Source: Podarcis muralis (taxonomy: Eukaryota). From it: DNA of 64,000 bases. The position numbers were made by a program, and so were the translations under genes. The notes below the pieces were generated by a model that saw only the letters and a list, made by a program, of their open reading frames with translations, did not search any database and was not told the DNA's origin. The stretch lies in contig NC_135657.1 of NCBI RefSeq assembly GCF_964188315.1, positions 95,480,001-95,544,000 of the forward strand. The letters are read 5' to 3'. This document shows positions 1 to 10,592 of this stretch, one piece after another; the first letter of the stretch is position 1; each line of letters starts with the position of its first letter.

Positions 1-262
1 GTGGAGGTTATAGCCAAGGCTGCTGCAATAAACAGCTGTGCAAGCCTTTGGGAAGCAGAGAGGCAAGAGAGCATCAGAAGAGGGAGGGAAGCAAAGAGGG
101 ACAGAGGCCAGTGTTGCCTGTGGCACCCCAGACCATCATTCAAGGTACCCCGGGGTGCCACGGCACACTGGTTGAAGCCCCCTGCATTAGAGAGAAGACT
201 GGCTGAGAACTTTTCTCCTTTATGTGTTAGATTTCTAAGTGGCTACAGGTTCTTCTTTTTAA

Positions 263-342
263 TGGAGGATAGCCCTCCTGGCATGCTCTGGTCCACGGGG
301 TCACGAAGAGTTGGACACGGCTAAACGACTAAGCAACAACAA
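263..342 (+). mobile_element. RTE/BovB-type LINE 3' tail fragment
   Basis: tggcatgctctggtccacggggtcacgaagagttggacacggctaaacgactaagcaacaacaa resembles the BovB 3' end (…gtccatggggtcgcaaagagtcggacacgactgagcgact…) with a short (CAA)n tail. Confidence 0.75.
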
Positions 343-1361
343 GCCCTTTAACCATCTATTTGCATTATAAGAAAACAGGGATCCCTGCAACTATCCTCCT
401 TTTCTGTACTTCTGTGTTTTTTTGAAGTCCTGGGCTGTGTTGAAATCAGCATTGTATCACACATGTGAAGGATACAATCTATATCCTTAATTATTAAAGT
501 AGCTTTAAAAAGATAGCTTTCATGGCCCGTAGCTGCAGTTAGACTTCACCTATGGAGCCCAGATATGAAGCTCACCCTTCAGGTGCCAGGAAGCTGAAAT
601 GGTGTTGGTGCAGGGTTGTGTGCCGCAACCTCCATTCCCAGCCTTGCCACATTCAGTGAAAGGGACCTGCAAGCCTTCCAACAACCAGGAGCACAGAACC
701 TGCAGAGTTCTTGATTGCAAGGAGGCTTGTATGCATGTGCAGGGGATCAATCTTAAAAGATCCATTCCACACACCCTAAGCTGCTGATCATGGCCAGGTT
801 GGACTGGGGGGTGGGGGTGGGGCAGCATGCAAGGCTCCACAACTTCTCCATGCTCACAACTCTCCAATGCCCAAATAGCCCAAGTGTCGAAGTTCTAATT
901 TCTGCAGTGCTTTCAGTACTTCTGACAACTGCTTAATATATCAGCTGTTCAGAAGCCAAATACTGTAGTGAGAGATAGATAGCCACACACCCCTCGTTCA
1001 TTGGAATTCCCACTCATCTCCATGGAAACTTGTAACACCAGAGGAATAAAGCTCTGAAGCTGTGGCTCTTTTTTAAATATGGTATTAAAAATAAAAAATT
1101 AAAGGAACACAGAAGGAGAAATAGTAAATGCAAACAATAGTGGCACTTCTACCTCTAGGCTCCAAGTTTAAGATTTTTATACAGTCTTAGATGTTGCCTA
1201 AATTCAAATGCCTTGCAAATTAACTACACTGTCAACAATTTTAGCATTGTGTATGTGTGCACGTGCACACATTCATGAATTTGGGTGAATGGGGATTGTT
1301 TAGGAACTGCATGCCGGCAGTCAGGGTAATGGTATCTTTTAAATATGTATATTGAATATAT

Positions 1362-1460
1362 TTCCCAGTAGTGATGTATGGAAGTGAGAGCTGGACCATA
1401 AAGAAGGCTGATCGCCGAAGAATTGATGCTTTTGAATTATGGTGCTGGAGAAGACTCTTG
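1362..1460 (+). mobile_element. RTE/BovB LINE ORF fragment
   Basis: Translates as FPVVMYGSESWTIKKADRRRIDAFELWCWRRLL, the characteristic post-RT motif of BovB. Confidence 0.9.
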
Positions 1461-2754
1461 TCTTTCAAAATACAATGCCCGGGTAGCCAGACTCCATACA
1501 GCTCCTAAGCAACAGGGGTATGACTCCCCAAGCGAGAAAGAGATAGTGGCACAGCAGAAAGAGCAGCTTGGCCTTTGGGTCCTCAGGGTCTGACTTCCTA
1601 TCTTAGGCTGTGGGGACAAAGGAAAGGGGCAGGTGGTAGACCGTGCAGAGAGAAGGGAAAATGTGAGAAAAGAAAAAGTGAGATTGCGGAGGCTAGAGAG
1701 GCCGTAGTGGATGTTTCAGTTCCAGCACACTTGCACTTTTAAAAGTGTCTGCGAGTTGGGATGTGGGGGAGAGAGAGAGAGTCAGTGCCCGTGAGCATAG
1801 ACTTCTACTAGGAAATACTTCAGGACCCAATGGGGATGGCCTCACACGCCAGAAGAAATAATCCTTTAGTTGCTCTCTCTAGCTCAAGACCTAATGGCAG
1901 CCTCAGGAAAAAACCACCCTTATCTTTGGCTGAACGTTGCTGCAGCTTTAATAAAGCACATTTGTAAATGCCTTGAGCAGGTCAATAGGTCTCTGATGAA
2001 ACAATGGTAATAGTGCAAAACTTGCTCCCATGTCTGCTCTCGGCATCCGTTTTGCTTTGGGTATCGGATATCTAACAGAAATTCATGTGTCGGGCTCTCC
2101 CTACTGCCAGCTCCCCCCCAGGTTCTTGGTAAAGATGTTTATGTGCAGGTCTTGCATATGAGCTTTAAATTAACATTTTCTTATTACTTTCTAGCACTTT
2201 GATTTATTTTGTTTTGGCGCTGGTAGCAAACATACAAGCCCAAGACTGAATGCAAAAGGTGTTCTTATTTCCTATCGTCGTTACATTCAAGAGGGCTCTG
2301 TGGTATTTCCACTTTAATTTATGCTAATTACATGGAGGGTATGTGTTATTTGCTTGCCTCTTATTAATTTATCATTTGACTGCTGCATTTCTAAACAGTC
2401 TTAAGCTATTTGTGCCATATGCAATTTAAGTATAAATTCAGCAGGAATGAAACAAAATTCTGATAGCTGTTCTGAAACCGCACAGACCGCCCGCCCCCCT
2501 TGCACACACAAGAGATAAGAACAGGAAAACGGATCAACTGCAAATTACTCGCTACCATTAAAACAAACTGAATTGATAGCATTCTAGTGCAGCATGACAG
2601 ATAGCAGCAATGAGTTTCTTTATGGGGAGTTGTTTACCAGGAAGTTGTTACTCTTTTCCTTCTTTTGCTCAGGGGGTTGTTAATTTCTTGAAGTCTGAGG
2701 CATGAGCTCACCTCCAAATTAACTACAGTAGGTTGGCAATAAAAGATTCCCCCC

Positions 2755-2757
<3 letters not shown>

Positions 2758-2796
<39 letters not shown>
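2758..2796. repeat. (TA)n microsatellite
   Basis: Direct reading. Confidence 0.97.
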
Positions 2797-2799
<3 letters not shown>

Positions 2800-4992
2800 T
2801 GCATGTTGCATTGGGTTTTATTTCCTGAAATTATGTTGCATCTTGTTGCGTTATTTAATTAAACATGGAAATTGCATATGCACCTCTGCAATTATTTAAT
2901 CTACTTGAAACTAGGTTTATGTCCAGGGAAGGTAGGGCAGTCGTAGTAATGTTTTCTGGAGCCCTGTGTTTCTCTTGGTCTGGTCAGTGAAGCCTGAAGC
3001 CAGTGCTATGTCTCCTCTCTAATCATGGGCAGCACAATACAGGGAGAGGCATTTCTTCACCTAACAATTATCACATTTGCAGGATCCAAGGTGCTTCTGT
3101 TCCGAAAATGCTCCAAAATCCTTATTCGTTGTTTTGATGTGGCTGGTAGGACTGGTTTCTGTTTTCCACCATTTTTTAAAGATGATTTTAAATTACCTTT
3201 TCAGCATTTTATTTATGCTTTGGAAGTTCTCAGCTGGAGATGGCAGGAAGGTGTAGGACACTTGCAGATGTGGCTGTCTTTTTTTTAGATGCCTGGCTCA
3301 CCCTGAGCTAGAAACAGAACTCATGCATGCTGTGGCACATGCACTGGTAAGCTTACGTCTGGAGTATTGCATTGTAATGTATGGCTTGTGTTGGCTCCTG
3401 AGCTAGTCTCAACTGCCATCTTGCAATGACGTTGATCCCAGTTCAGATGCAATGGACCCCACAACCTGGAGCAACACAGCAATAAGGTCCGATTATTATG
3501 CCTCCCACCTTCTGCCATGGCAATTTTGTATGTTTCTATTGTGAACAGCCCTGTGATCTTTGGATGAAGGGGAGTATACAATTTACAACAAGAACAAGCC
3601 ACCATGAACAGTAGAACTCTAGCTGTGGCAGTAACACCACAACTCCAAAAAAGCCCCACAGAGATTGTACCCTAAAAACACTGAATTTAGTTGATATTCA
3701 GCTATTTAGAGGTGCCAGAATTTTTTCGTAAGCCAGGCTTGTAAGAGCCCACCTCAAAGGAAAATATGAGCTAGATAGGAATTCCACATGTCCCTGTCAG
3801 GCTCCATTACCAATATATATTCCCCCCTTCTTTTACTTACATATAATTAGTCTAGTGAAAATTATCCTTTCTTATGCCATATCTCTAGGGCTTCTGTGTC
3901 CTTTTTTTAAAGACATCACAGCCATTCTTTCTGATCTTATATAAATTTGGAGCTACCCATGCATTTTAAGGGCTTGGAAATTAACAAGTTGAAGATTCAC
4001 AACACCCAATTTAACATTTCTCCCCTAATATCTGTCCCACATTTTTTAAAATGGTATTTTTCACAGGCAGATATGTAAGACTCTGTAATGAGGACTTCAG
4101 ATTAATAGTTATAACTTTATACCTTTTACTGTGATTCCACCCTCTGCCCCTTATTGCTGGGATATAAAAAAGCATTTAACCAGACAAGTACCAGCCAGAT
4201 GCACTTTCAACACTCAAGGAAAACTGTCACAGACTAAATACACTGTAGTATGCAGCAGATTTTTTAAATTCTAAACTTGATCTGTTCCTCCTTTAATCAG
4301 GATGTCATAGCTGCTTGTGAACACTGAAACAGCAACTGCTTATATAACAGCCTTAGAATTAGAAATTTGCTACTTATAGGGTATTTATGTTAAATAGTCT
4401 CTTCGTGTCCAAAATGGAGGAGCGAAACTGGGTCACATAAGATTTATTAAAAACAGCGATTATGGGAATGTTGGAATTTTTATGTCCAAAACTGTGTAAG
4501 TCATCGGAAATTGTAGTTTCCCACTGGTTTCTTTGTGTTGCCATTTTTAATGTGTGGTTTACGTCTGTTCATACTTCTGTGTAAACTCTGTCCTGATTGT
4601 TGAAAGTGAACAACCAAATGAATGAACAACCAAGGTATGACACTAGAGGATGTGCAGGTGAATGAGCATTGGATAGTACATCTCATGTCACTATATACAG
4701 TAAATGTGTTGCTGGGACAGAAGGAAATACACTGGTGATACCTGGCTTCATTATGTGTTTCCTACCTCATTGTGTCTGCTGAGTGGCATTATGCTGCTAC
4801 TTGCTTCAGGTTTGGCATTGTTTTTAAGTGAGGGCCGGCCAGTTGTTTCCACAGGCCAAAGTTTTGTGCGAGGGGATCATCATCTTCCAGGATGGTTTGC
4901 AGATAATTAATGATAGCATCATGGGAGGTTTCAGCTGAGAACAGTAATTATTCAGTTATGAAGTCATTTTTTCTTACAAGGCTAGTATAATA

Positions 4993-5314
4993 CAGTGGTG
5001 CCTCGCAAGACGAAATTAATCCGTTCCGCGAGTCTCTTCGTCTTGCAGTTTTTTCGTCTTGCGAAGCACGGCTATTAGCGGCTTAGCAGCTATTAACAGC
5101 TATTAACGGCTTAGCGGCTTAGCGGCTTAGCGGCTATTAACGGTTTGGGGCTTTAAGAAAAAGGAAACAAACTTGCAAGAACTCACAAGACGTTTCGTCT
5201 TGCGAAGCAAGCCCATAGGGAAATTCGTCTTGCGGAACGACTCAAAAAACGGAAAACCCTTTTGTCTAGCGAATTTTTCATCTTGTGAGGCATTCGTCTT
5301 GCGGGGCACCATTG
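4993..5314. mobile_element. Tc1/mariner (Tigger/pogo-like) MITE, family A
   Basis: 22-bp TIRs CAGTGGTGCCTCGCAAGACGAA (2 mismatches), TA on both sides (4991-92, 5315-16), internal AGCGGCTT/AGCGGCTATT mini-repeats. Paralog at 16084. Confidence 0.88.
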
Positions 5315-5593
5315 TACTGACTTTCCTTGACTGTCACTTTGGCTTTTCCTATGCTTAACATATTTCAAAAAGTAAAATTACTGACACCCCCAAAGTGTTT
5401 TTTGTTTGTTTGTTTTTTAGGAAACTACCAAAATTGTTGCGCTGCTGCTTCTTCTTTAATATACCAAAGATGTTGAACTTCTTTTAGGAAGCTGTACCAT
5501 GCTTCCTCTTTCTGGGGCTGGTTAGGCGGCATGCATATTTCAGATCTGCACAGCTGGGCTGTTAATGGGCTCCTTCCCAAAGGAAGAGATTTT

Positions 5594-5694
5594 GGATTAA
5601 GATTTGCAGAGCTGGAAGGGACCCTTAGGAATCTTGCGCCCAACTCATGGGACTCAAACCCACAACCCTGAGATTAAGAGTCTCAGGCTGAGCT
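5594..5694 (-). mobile_element. tRNA-Lys(CTT)-derived SINE with CR1-like 3' tail, D-loop region deleted
   Basis: Minus strand agctcag-cctgagactcttaatctcagggttgtgggtttgagtcccatgagttgggcg retains the tRNA-Lys-CTT anticodon arm TGAGACTCTTAATCTCA. It is followed by agggtcccttccagctct, a CR1-type tail. Confidence 0.75.
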
Positions 5695-6209
5695 GTTCTC
5701 AGTAGACTTAATGTGGCCTTCACAAACTTGCACCATAGTGCTCCTGAAAGCGAATTTATTATGTGGATTAAGGCTGATTCATGGCGTGATGAAGGCCACT
5801 GAAGGCCTGGGTGAAATGTTTGTAAGGCTGCTTTTAACATACATCTAGTTGATGTTGGTAATACTCATGTATATCAGGTATGGAAGGAGACCACGATGCA
5901 ATTTGGGTATGCTCAGGGCCAGCCCAGGATGTTTTGCCACTTCAGGCAAAACAAAAAATGCAAACAAAACAAAACAAAACAAAACAAAACCCCAGCTGCT
6001 GCCACACCTGTATAATTCCTCTGCCGAATCTGCCACCTGAGGCAACTGCCTCACTTCCCCTCATGGGCACTGGGTTGCTGAAAAGGGTGCACAAATAAAC
6101 TAGATTTGGGTTGGGTTGTTAAGGAAATCTTGTTCGATGCTAATTTGAGTGTACTGGCATGATGTGGAGCCATATTACTGCCCAGGGCAATGTCATTTAG
6201 CTGAACGTA

Positions 6210-6741
6210 CCGTATTTTTCGCCCTATAGGACACACTTTTCCCCCTCCAAAAATGAAGGGGAAATGTGTGTGCGTCCTATGGGGTGAATGCAGGCTTTCG
6301 CTGAAGCCTGGAGAGCAAGAGGGGTCGGTGCGCACCGACCCCTCTCGCTCTTCAGGCTTCAGGAGAGCCCCACCGCCAGCCCCACAAGCTCGGGGGACAG
6401 CGGGGAGGCGCAGTGCGCCATCCCGCTGCCTCCCGACCTGGTTTGGAGTCTGGCGGCAGGGAGAAGTGTGCTTCTCTCTGCCGCCAGCCCCGCAAGCTCG
6501 GGGGACAGCAGGGAGGCGCAGCGCACCCAGGCTTAGCTTCGCGCAGCTCTCCGCAAGCCGTGGGAGCACGGCTTGCGGAGAGCTGCATGTTCTGGGGGCT
6601 AGGGTCGGGGAAAGCTCAGGCTTCCCCCGCCCCAGCCCCACGCCTGGGTGGGAAATATTTTTTCCTCTTTATTCCCCCCCCCCAAAAAAAATTAGGTGTG
6701 TCCTATGGGCCGATGCGTCTTATAGGGGGCGAAAAATACGG
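6210..6741. mobile_element. Tc1/mariner (Tc2-like) MITE, family B, GC-rich long variant
   Basis: TIR CCGTATTTTTCGCCC(CC)TATA(G/A)GAC, TA flanks at 6208-09 and 6742-43, internal duplicated segment and a perfect 20-bp hairpin. Confidence 0.88.
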
Positions 6742-7841
6742 TACAAACTGTCCCTGCGTGTTAACTGTTCTCATTTTTGTACTAACTGCGGGTGAGAGAA
6801 AGTTTGAAAACTTCGGATGCTAAGCAGACTTGTGGTATTCTCAAGGATTATGTTTCTGTTGGCCTTAACGCAACTACATGTTGAGTGTTAGTGTGCAAAG
6901 GTTTAGCATCTATAGTTCTAACCTGAGATAATTTCTGAGCGATCCTTCATGGAGCATGGAGGCTTTCTGCTGGAGATTCATCCCTACTTCACAAACAGAA
7001 AAAGGAATGTGGCAGTATATTCTTGCAGGAGGGGGAGAATGAGGGTGAGGTAGCAATATGGAAAGGAGGGGAAATGAAATAATTGAAAGACCGAGATGCA
7101 GAATAATTGTGTATATGGTATGCCACAGTGAAAAAGATATGATTTTCCCACCTACCCCATGAACCTTATATCTTGACAAGCTTCAGTGTACTATTCAAAC
7201 ATAGTTAGCTATAGTTTCAGGTGGCTGAAGTCTTTGGAACAGGAAAGAAAGAAGGATTATGTAAAATAATTTATAAAGCATAATTCGGACAGTGCCCTTT
7301 GGCTCTTCCAGAAGTCAGTAATTTTATTCTCTGGAACTAGAAATCACTTAAAAGCACAATGCGAAGAAAATAACAAGGGTGTGCTAAGAATATTGAACCA
7401 TAACCTCAACATTAGCTAGTTAGATATTTAGACCTAATATAGAGAAGAGTTGAAATAAGCTGAGGCTTCCTTTCCCCTTTCTCTGCATACTTTATTTCCA
7501 GGATACCTTAAGAACTGCCTGAGCCCTTATATCCCATCTCAAATCACTGAGATCGTCCACAAGAGCGCTATTAGCTATAGATGTGTTGCTGGTCCCATGC
7601 TGTGGATGAAAGCTTCAGCAGGAACCCTTGCTTCTGACTTTCAGGCATCTCATGAAGACTTTGTTATGTTGACAGGTTTTTGCAGCTGTTTAATTATTTT
7701 TATTAGCCAAATGATTGTGTGCATTGTTTAAGTGGAGTTTCATGTTTTATTGTTGTGCACCACCCAGATATTTTATGATAAGGCAGTACAGAAATGCTTG
7801 TATGAAAATAAATAACATGAGGAAAGTGCTGTTTCGCTATG

Positions 7842-8094
7842 CAGTCGTACCTTGGAAGTAGAACGGAATCCATTCCGGAAGCCTGTTTGACTTCCAAAAC
7901 GTTCAGAAACCAAAGTGCAGGCAGCTTCTGATTGGCTGCAGGAAGTGCCTGCAGCCAATCGGAAACCGTGGAAACCCTGTCAGACATTTGGGTTCCAAAG
8001 AACGTTCACAAACCAAACACTCACTTCTGGGTTTGCAGTGTTTGGGAGCCGAAAAGTCTGAGTACCAAGGCATCCGAGATCCAAGTTACGACTC
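7842..8094. mobile_element. Tc1/mariner-type MITE, family C
   Basis: 15-bp TIR CAGTCGTACCTTGGA (2 mismatches), right TA at 8095-96, central palindrome GATTGGCTGCAGG-aagtg-CCTGCAGCCAATC. Confidence 0.8.
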
Positions 8095-8118
8095 TACTCC
8101 TGCTTGGGGATTTTCCAT

Positions 8119-8195
8119 TGGCATCTAGTTGACCACCAAGAACAGAATGCAGGACTAGATGGGCCTTGGCCTGATCTAGCCGAGCTCTTCTTAAT
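8119..8195 (+). mobile_element. CR1 LINE 3' tail fragment
   Basis: ggcatctagttgaccacc-aagaacagaatgcaggactagatgggccttggcctgatctagc…gctcttctta resembles the squamate CR1 3' end. Confidence 0.65.
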
Positions 8196-8209
8196 TTTGT
8201 AATTATAGC

Positions 8210-8211
<2 letters not shown>

Positions 8212-8249
<38 letters not shown>
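8212..8249. repeat. (GA)n microsatellite
   Basis: Direct reading. Confidence 0.97.
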
Positions 8250-8254
<5 letters not shown>

Positions 8255-9557
8255 TATATGCTTTACTATTTCCCCCCATACATTTTGTCTCTGTGCTTTC
8301 TTTTTATTCTATGTTACTGAAACTTAATTTGCATCCGTTTTCTCAGAACTTAGTATTGCTTGTCAGTTACGAATGCTTATGCGTTTAAAACTGTTCTGCA
8401 GATGTACAACAACTTGTAGCCTATGCTTATCAGCCTTTTCAAGCATAGCATACCAGCTTAAACTTGAAAAATTGCATTTTTAAAAATTACTTACCAGATT
8501 TCTTTCTCCTCCCCCTTCCTTGCATTTTCTACTCCATACTGTAATTGCATTTCAAGCATATTATGTGGCTGTTTTGTTGAACTTTGGGAATTATATTCAT
8601 AATGTTGGGAACACCCCCTCCGCTCAGTTCAGGAGTGAGTCAGCAATTACAAGTGTCTTTGGAGACTACTTGAAATAATAATCAGGTTCCCCCCACCTTC
8701 GAATTGTGCATGTGTGCAGAATCTCATTTTACATTGTAAGCTACAAATGAACTTTTTGGGGAAATGATGCTCAAATCTGTATTCCAAAAGCAAAAAGATG
8801 TAAAATCTTCAGCCACATCACTAGAAATCGTCGCATGGGTTGTTGTTGTTGTTTTGTTTACAGCATTTATATTCTACCCAGTAACAGTGTTCTCTGGATG
8901 GCAACAGAACATTGAAAACAATAACAATCGCGAAACACATGAAATTGTAGCACATGAGCAGGAAACAGTGTAGAAAAAAATGCACTGCTTCTGTAAAAAT
9001 ATTCATAAGACGCTTGAAATTCAGTAGATTCAAAAGTTCACAATGTAGAAGTTGGGGAGAATAAAAAGGTCTTCATCTGGTAACAAAAAGACGGCAAAGA
9101 AGGTGCTACAAGGTGATCCTTTATGGGCAGGGCATTCCGTAACTGAACACTTACTCTGGTTAGCCACCTGGGGCACCTCACGTAGTGGTGGAATCCAGGT
9201 TGTCATTCACAAACCCGCAGACGTCACTACAACTTCATTAAGCCTCCCATGCACCTTCTATTTCTCTGTATGGTGAGAAGTTGCCAGAAGCAGTACTTAA
9301 AGGGGAAAGAGACCTGAGTCAGATGTGCTTCTAGCAATTGAGTAGTGTTAAGGCTTAGCAGTTGCATGAGTGAGATCCCTTAGCAAAGCCTACAGGTTTC
9401 TAATTTGAGTTGTTTATGAAAGATCCAGGAGTAAAACTAAGGGAGAATGGTCGATCACATTAAATACATTATGATGGTACATCCTTTACAGATCAAGCCT
9501 AAATTCAATTGGTGGAAGAGGGTTGGACCCAGCAGCGGCACTCTGCTGATGATAAGG

Positions 9558-9699
9558 CTTCCATCAGCAGAATAGGAAGCAAAGCAATTTTTGGCAAGAT
9601 CCCCAATCAGAACCCCCACACTTGAGCAGATTTAGAATTGTGATGGGCTGCAGGGGGGATCGTTTAAAATTGCTTCTCTCCCCATTCTGCTGATGGAAG
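9558..9699. repeat. Degenerate foldback (palindromic) element
   Basis: Perfect 16-bp inverted repeat cttccatcagcagaat (9558-73) / attctgctgatggaag (9684-99), with nested inner inverted pairs aagcaatttt/aaaattgctt and gatcccc/ggggatc. Confidence 0.65.
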
Positions 9700-10334
9700 T
9701 CTTGCCATCAGCTGCATCACACCGTTGGATATAATTCTGAATTTGTCTGTTCTGTCAAAGACAGAGACAAAACACGGTTCCAAAATCATGTTCTTTTTAT
9801 GTTGCTTGCCAAGGAGATGGGGATTGGGGATAGAGTAGTGAGAAAGATCGTATACACAAGGGAGGAAGTATTTACCATTTCTTGAGTCCATAGCAGTAAC
9901 TCACAAATGAGTAAAGGTTAGGAAATTGTTTCCTTCCTCATCTCAGACCACTCATTGGTTCAAAATGATGTGTCAATGAGAGGGTGTTAACTGAGAATTA
10001 ATTGTTGCAGGGGTGAAGTCCTCTCGTGTGGAGGGAGACTGAGGTTGTTTTTTTTTACGGATTCCAATAGGATTGACATTCAATGCCCAGATCCAGTTAA
10101 GAATCTTCATTCTTCCATCACGTCCTTACAGCTCTGATTTTGAAACAGCTCTTTTGGCTTTTTCACTACTGCAGTGTTGCTTGATTTATTGAGGCACGCT
10201 TTTCAGCCACTGTTTTGTTCGTCTGTGGTCGCTAGTAGGATTTGCAAATTGATGTGATTCAAGCTCAAAATTAGAAAATTAAATATTTAGTATCAATAAA
10301 CATACTACCCTAAAATGCATGCACTTTTTAAATA

Positions 10335-10592
10335 CCGTATTTTTTGCTCTATAATACTCACTTTTCCCCTCCTAAAAAGTAAGGGGACATGTGTGTGCGT
10401 CTTATGGAGCGAATGCAGGCTGCGCAGCTATCCCAGAAGCCAGAACAGCAAGAGGGATTGCTGCTTTCACTGCACATCGATCCCTCTTGCTGTTCTGGCT
10501 TCTGAAATTCAGAATATTTTTTTTCGTGTTTTCCTCCTCCAAAAACTAGGTGCGTCTTGTGGTCTGGTGCGTCTTATAGAGGGAAAATATGG
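10335..10592. mobile_element. Tc2-like MITE, family B short variant
   Basis: CCGTATTTTTTGCTCTATAA…TTATAGAGGGAAAATATGG termini, left TA, internal 25-bp perfect stem. Paralog at 45154. Confidence 0.85.

Noticed and set aside
1-324. 107-aa ORF at the window start, and other short ORF-track entries
   Set aside because: No homology or splice support; they overlap MITE or BovB remnants, or are of the length expected by chance.
5637-5694. tRNA-Lys(CTT) gene
   Set aside because: D-arm deleted, 5' acceptor strand missing, T-loop mutated, and fused to a CR1 tail: a SINE head, not a tRNA gene.
6051-6823. Cluster of overlapping 80-196 aa ORFs
   Set aside because: A by-product of a GC-rich MITE with few stop codons; no recognisable domain.
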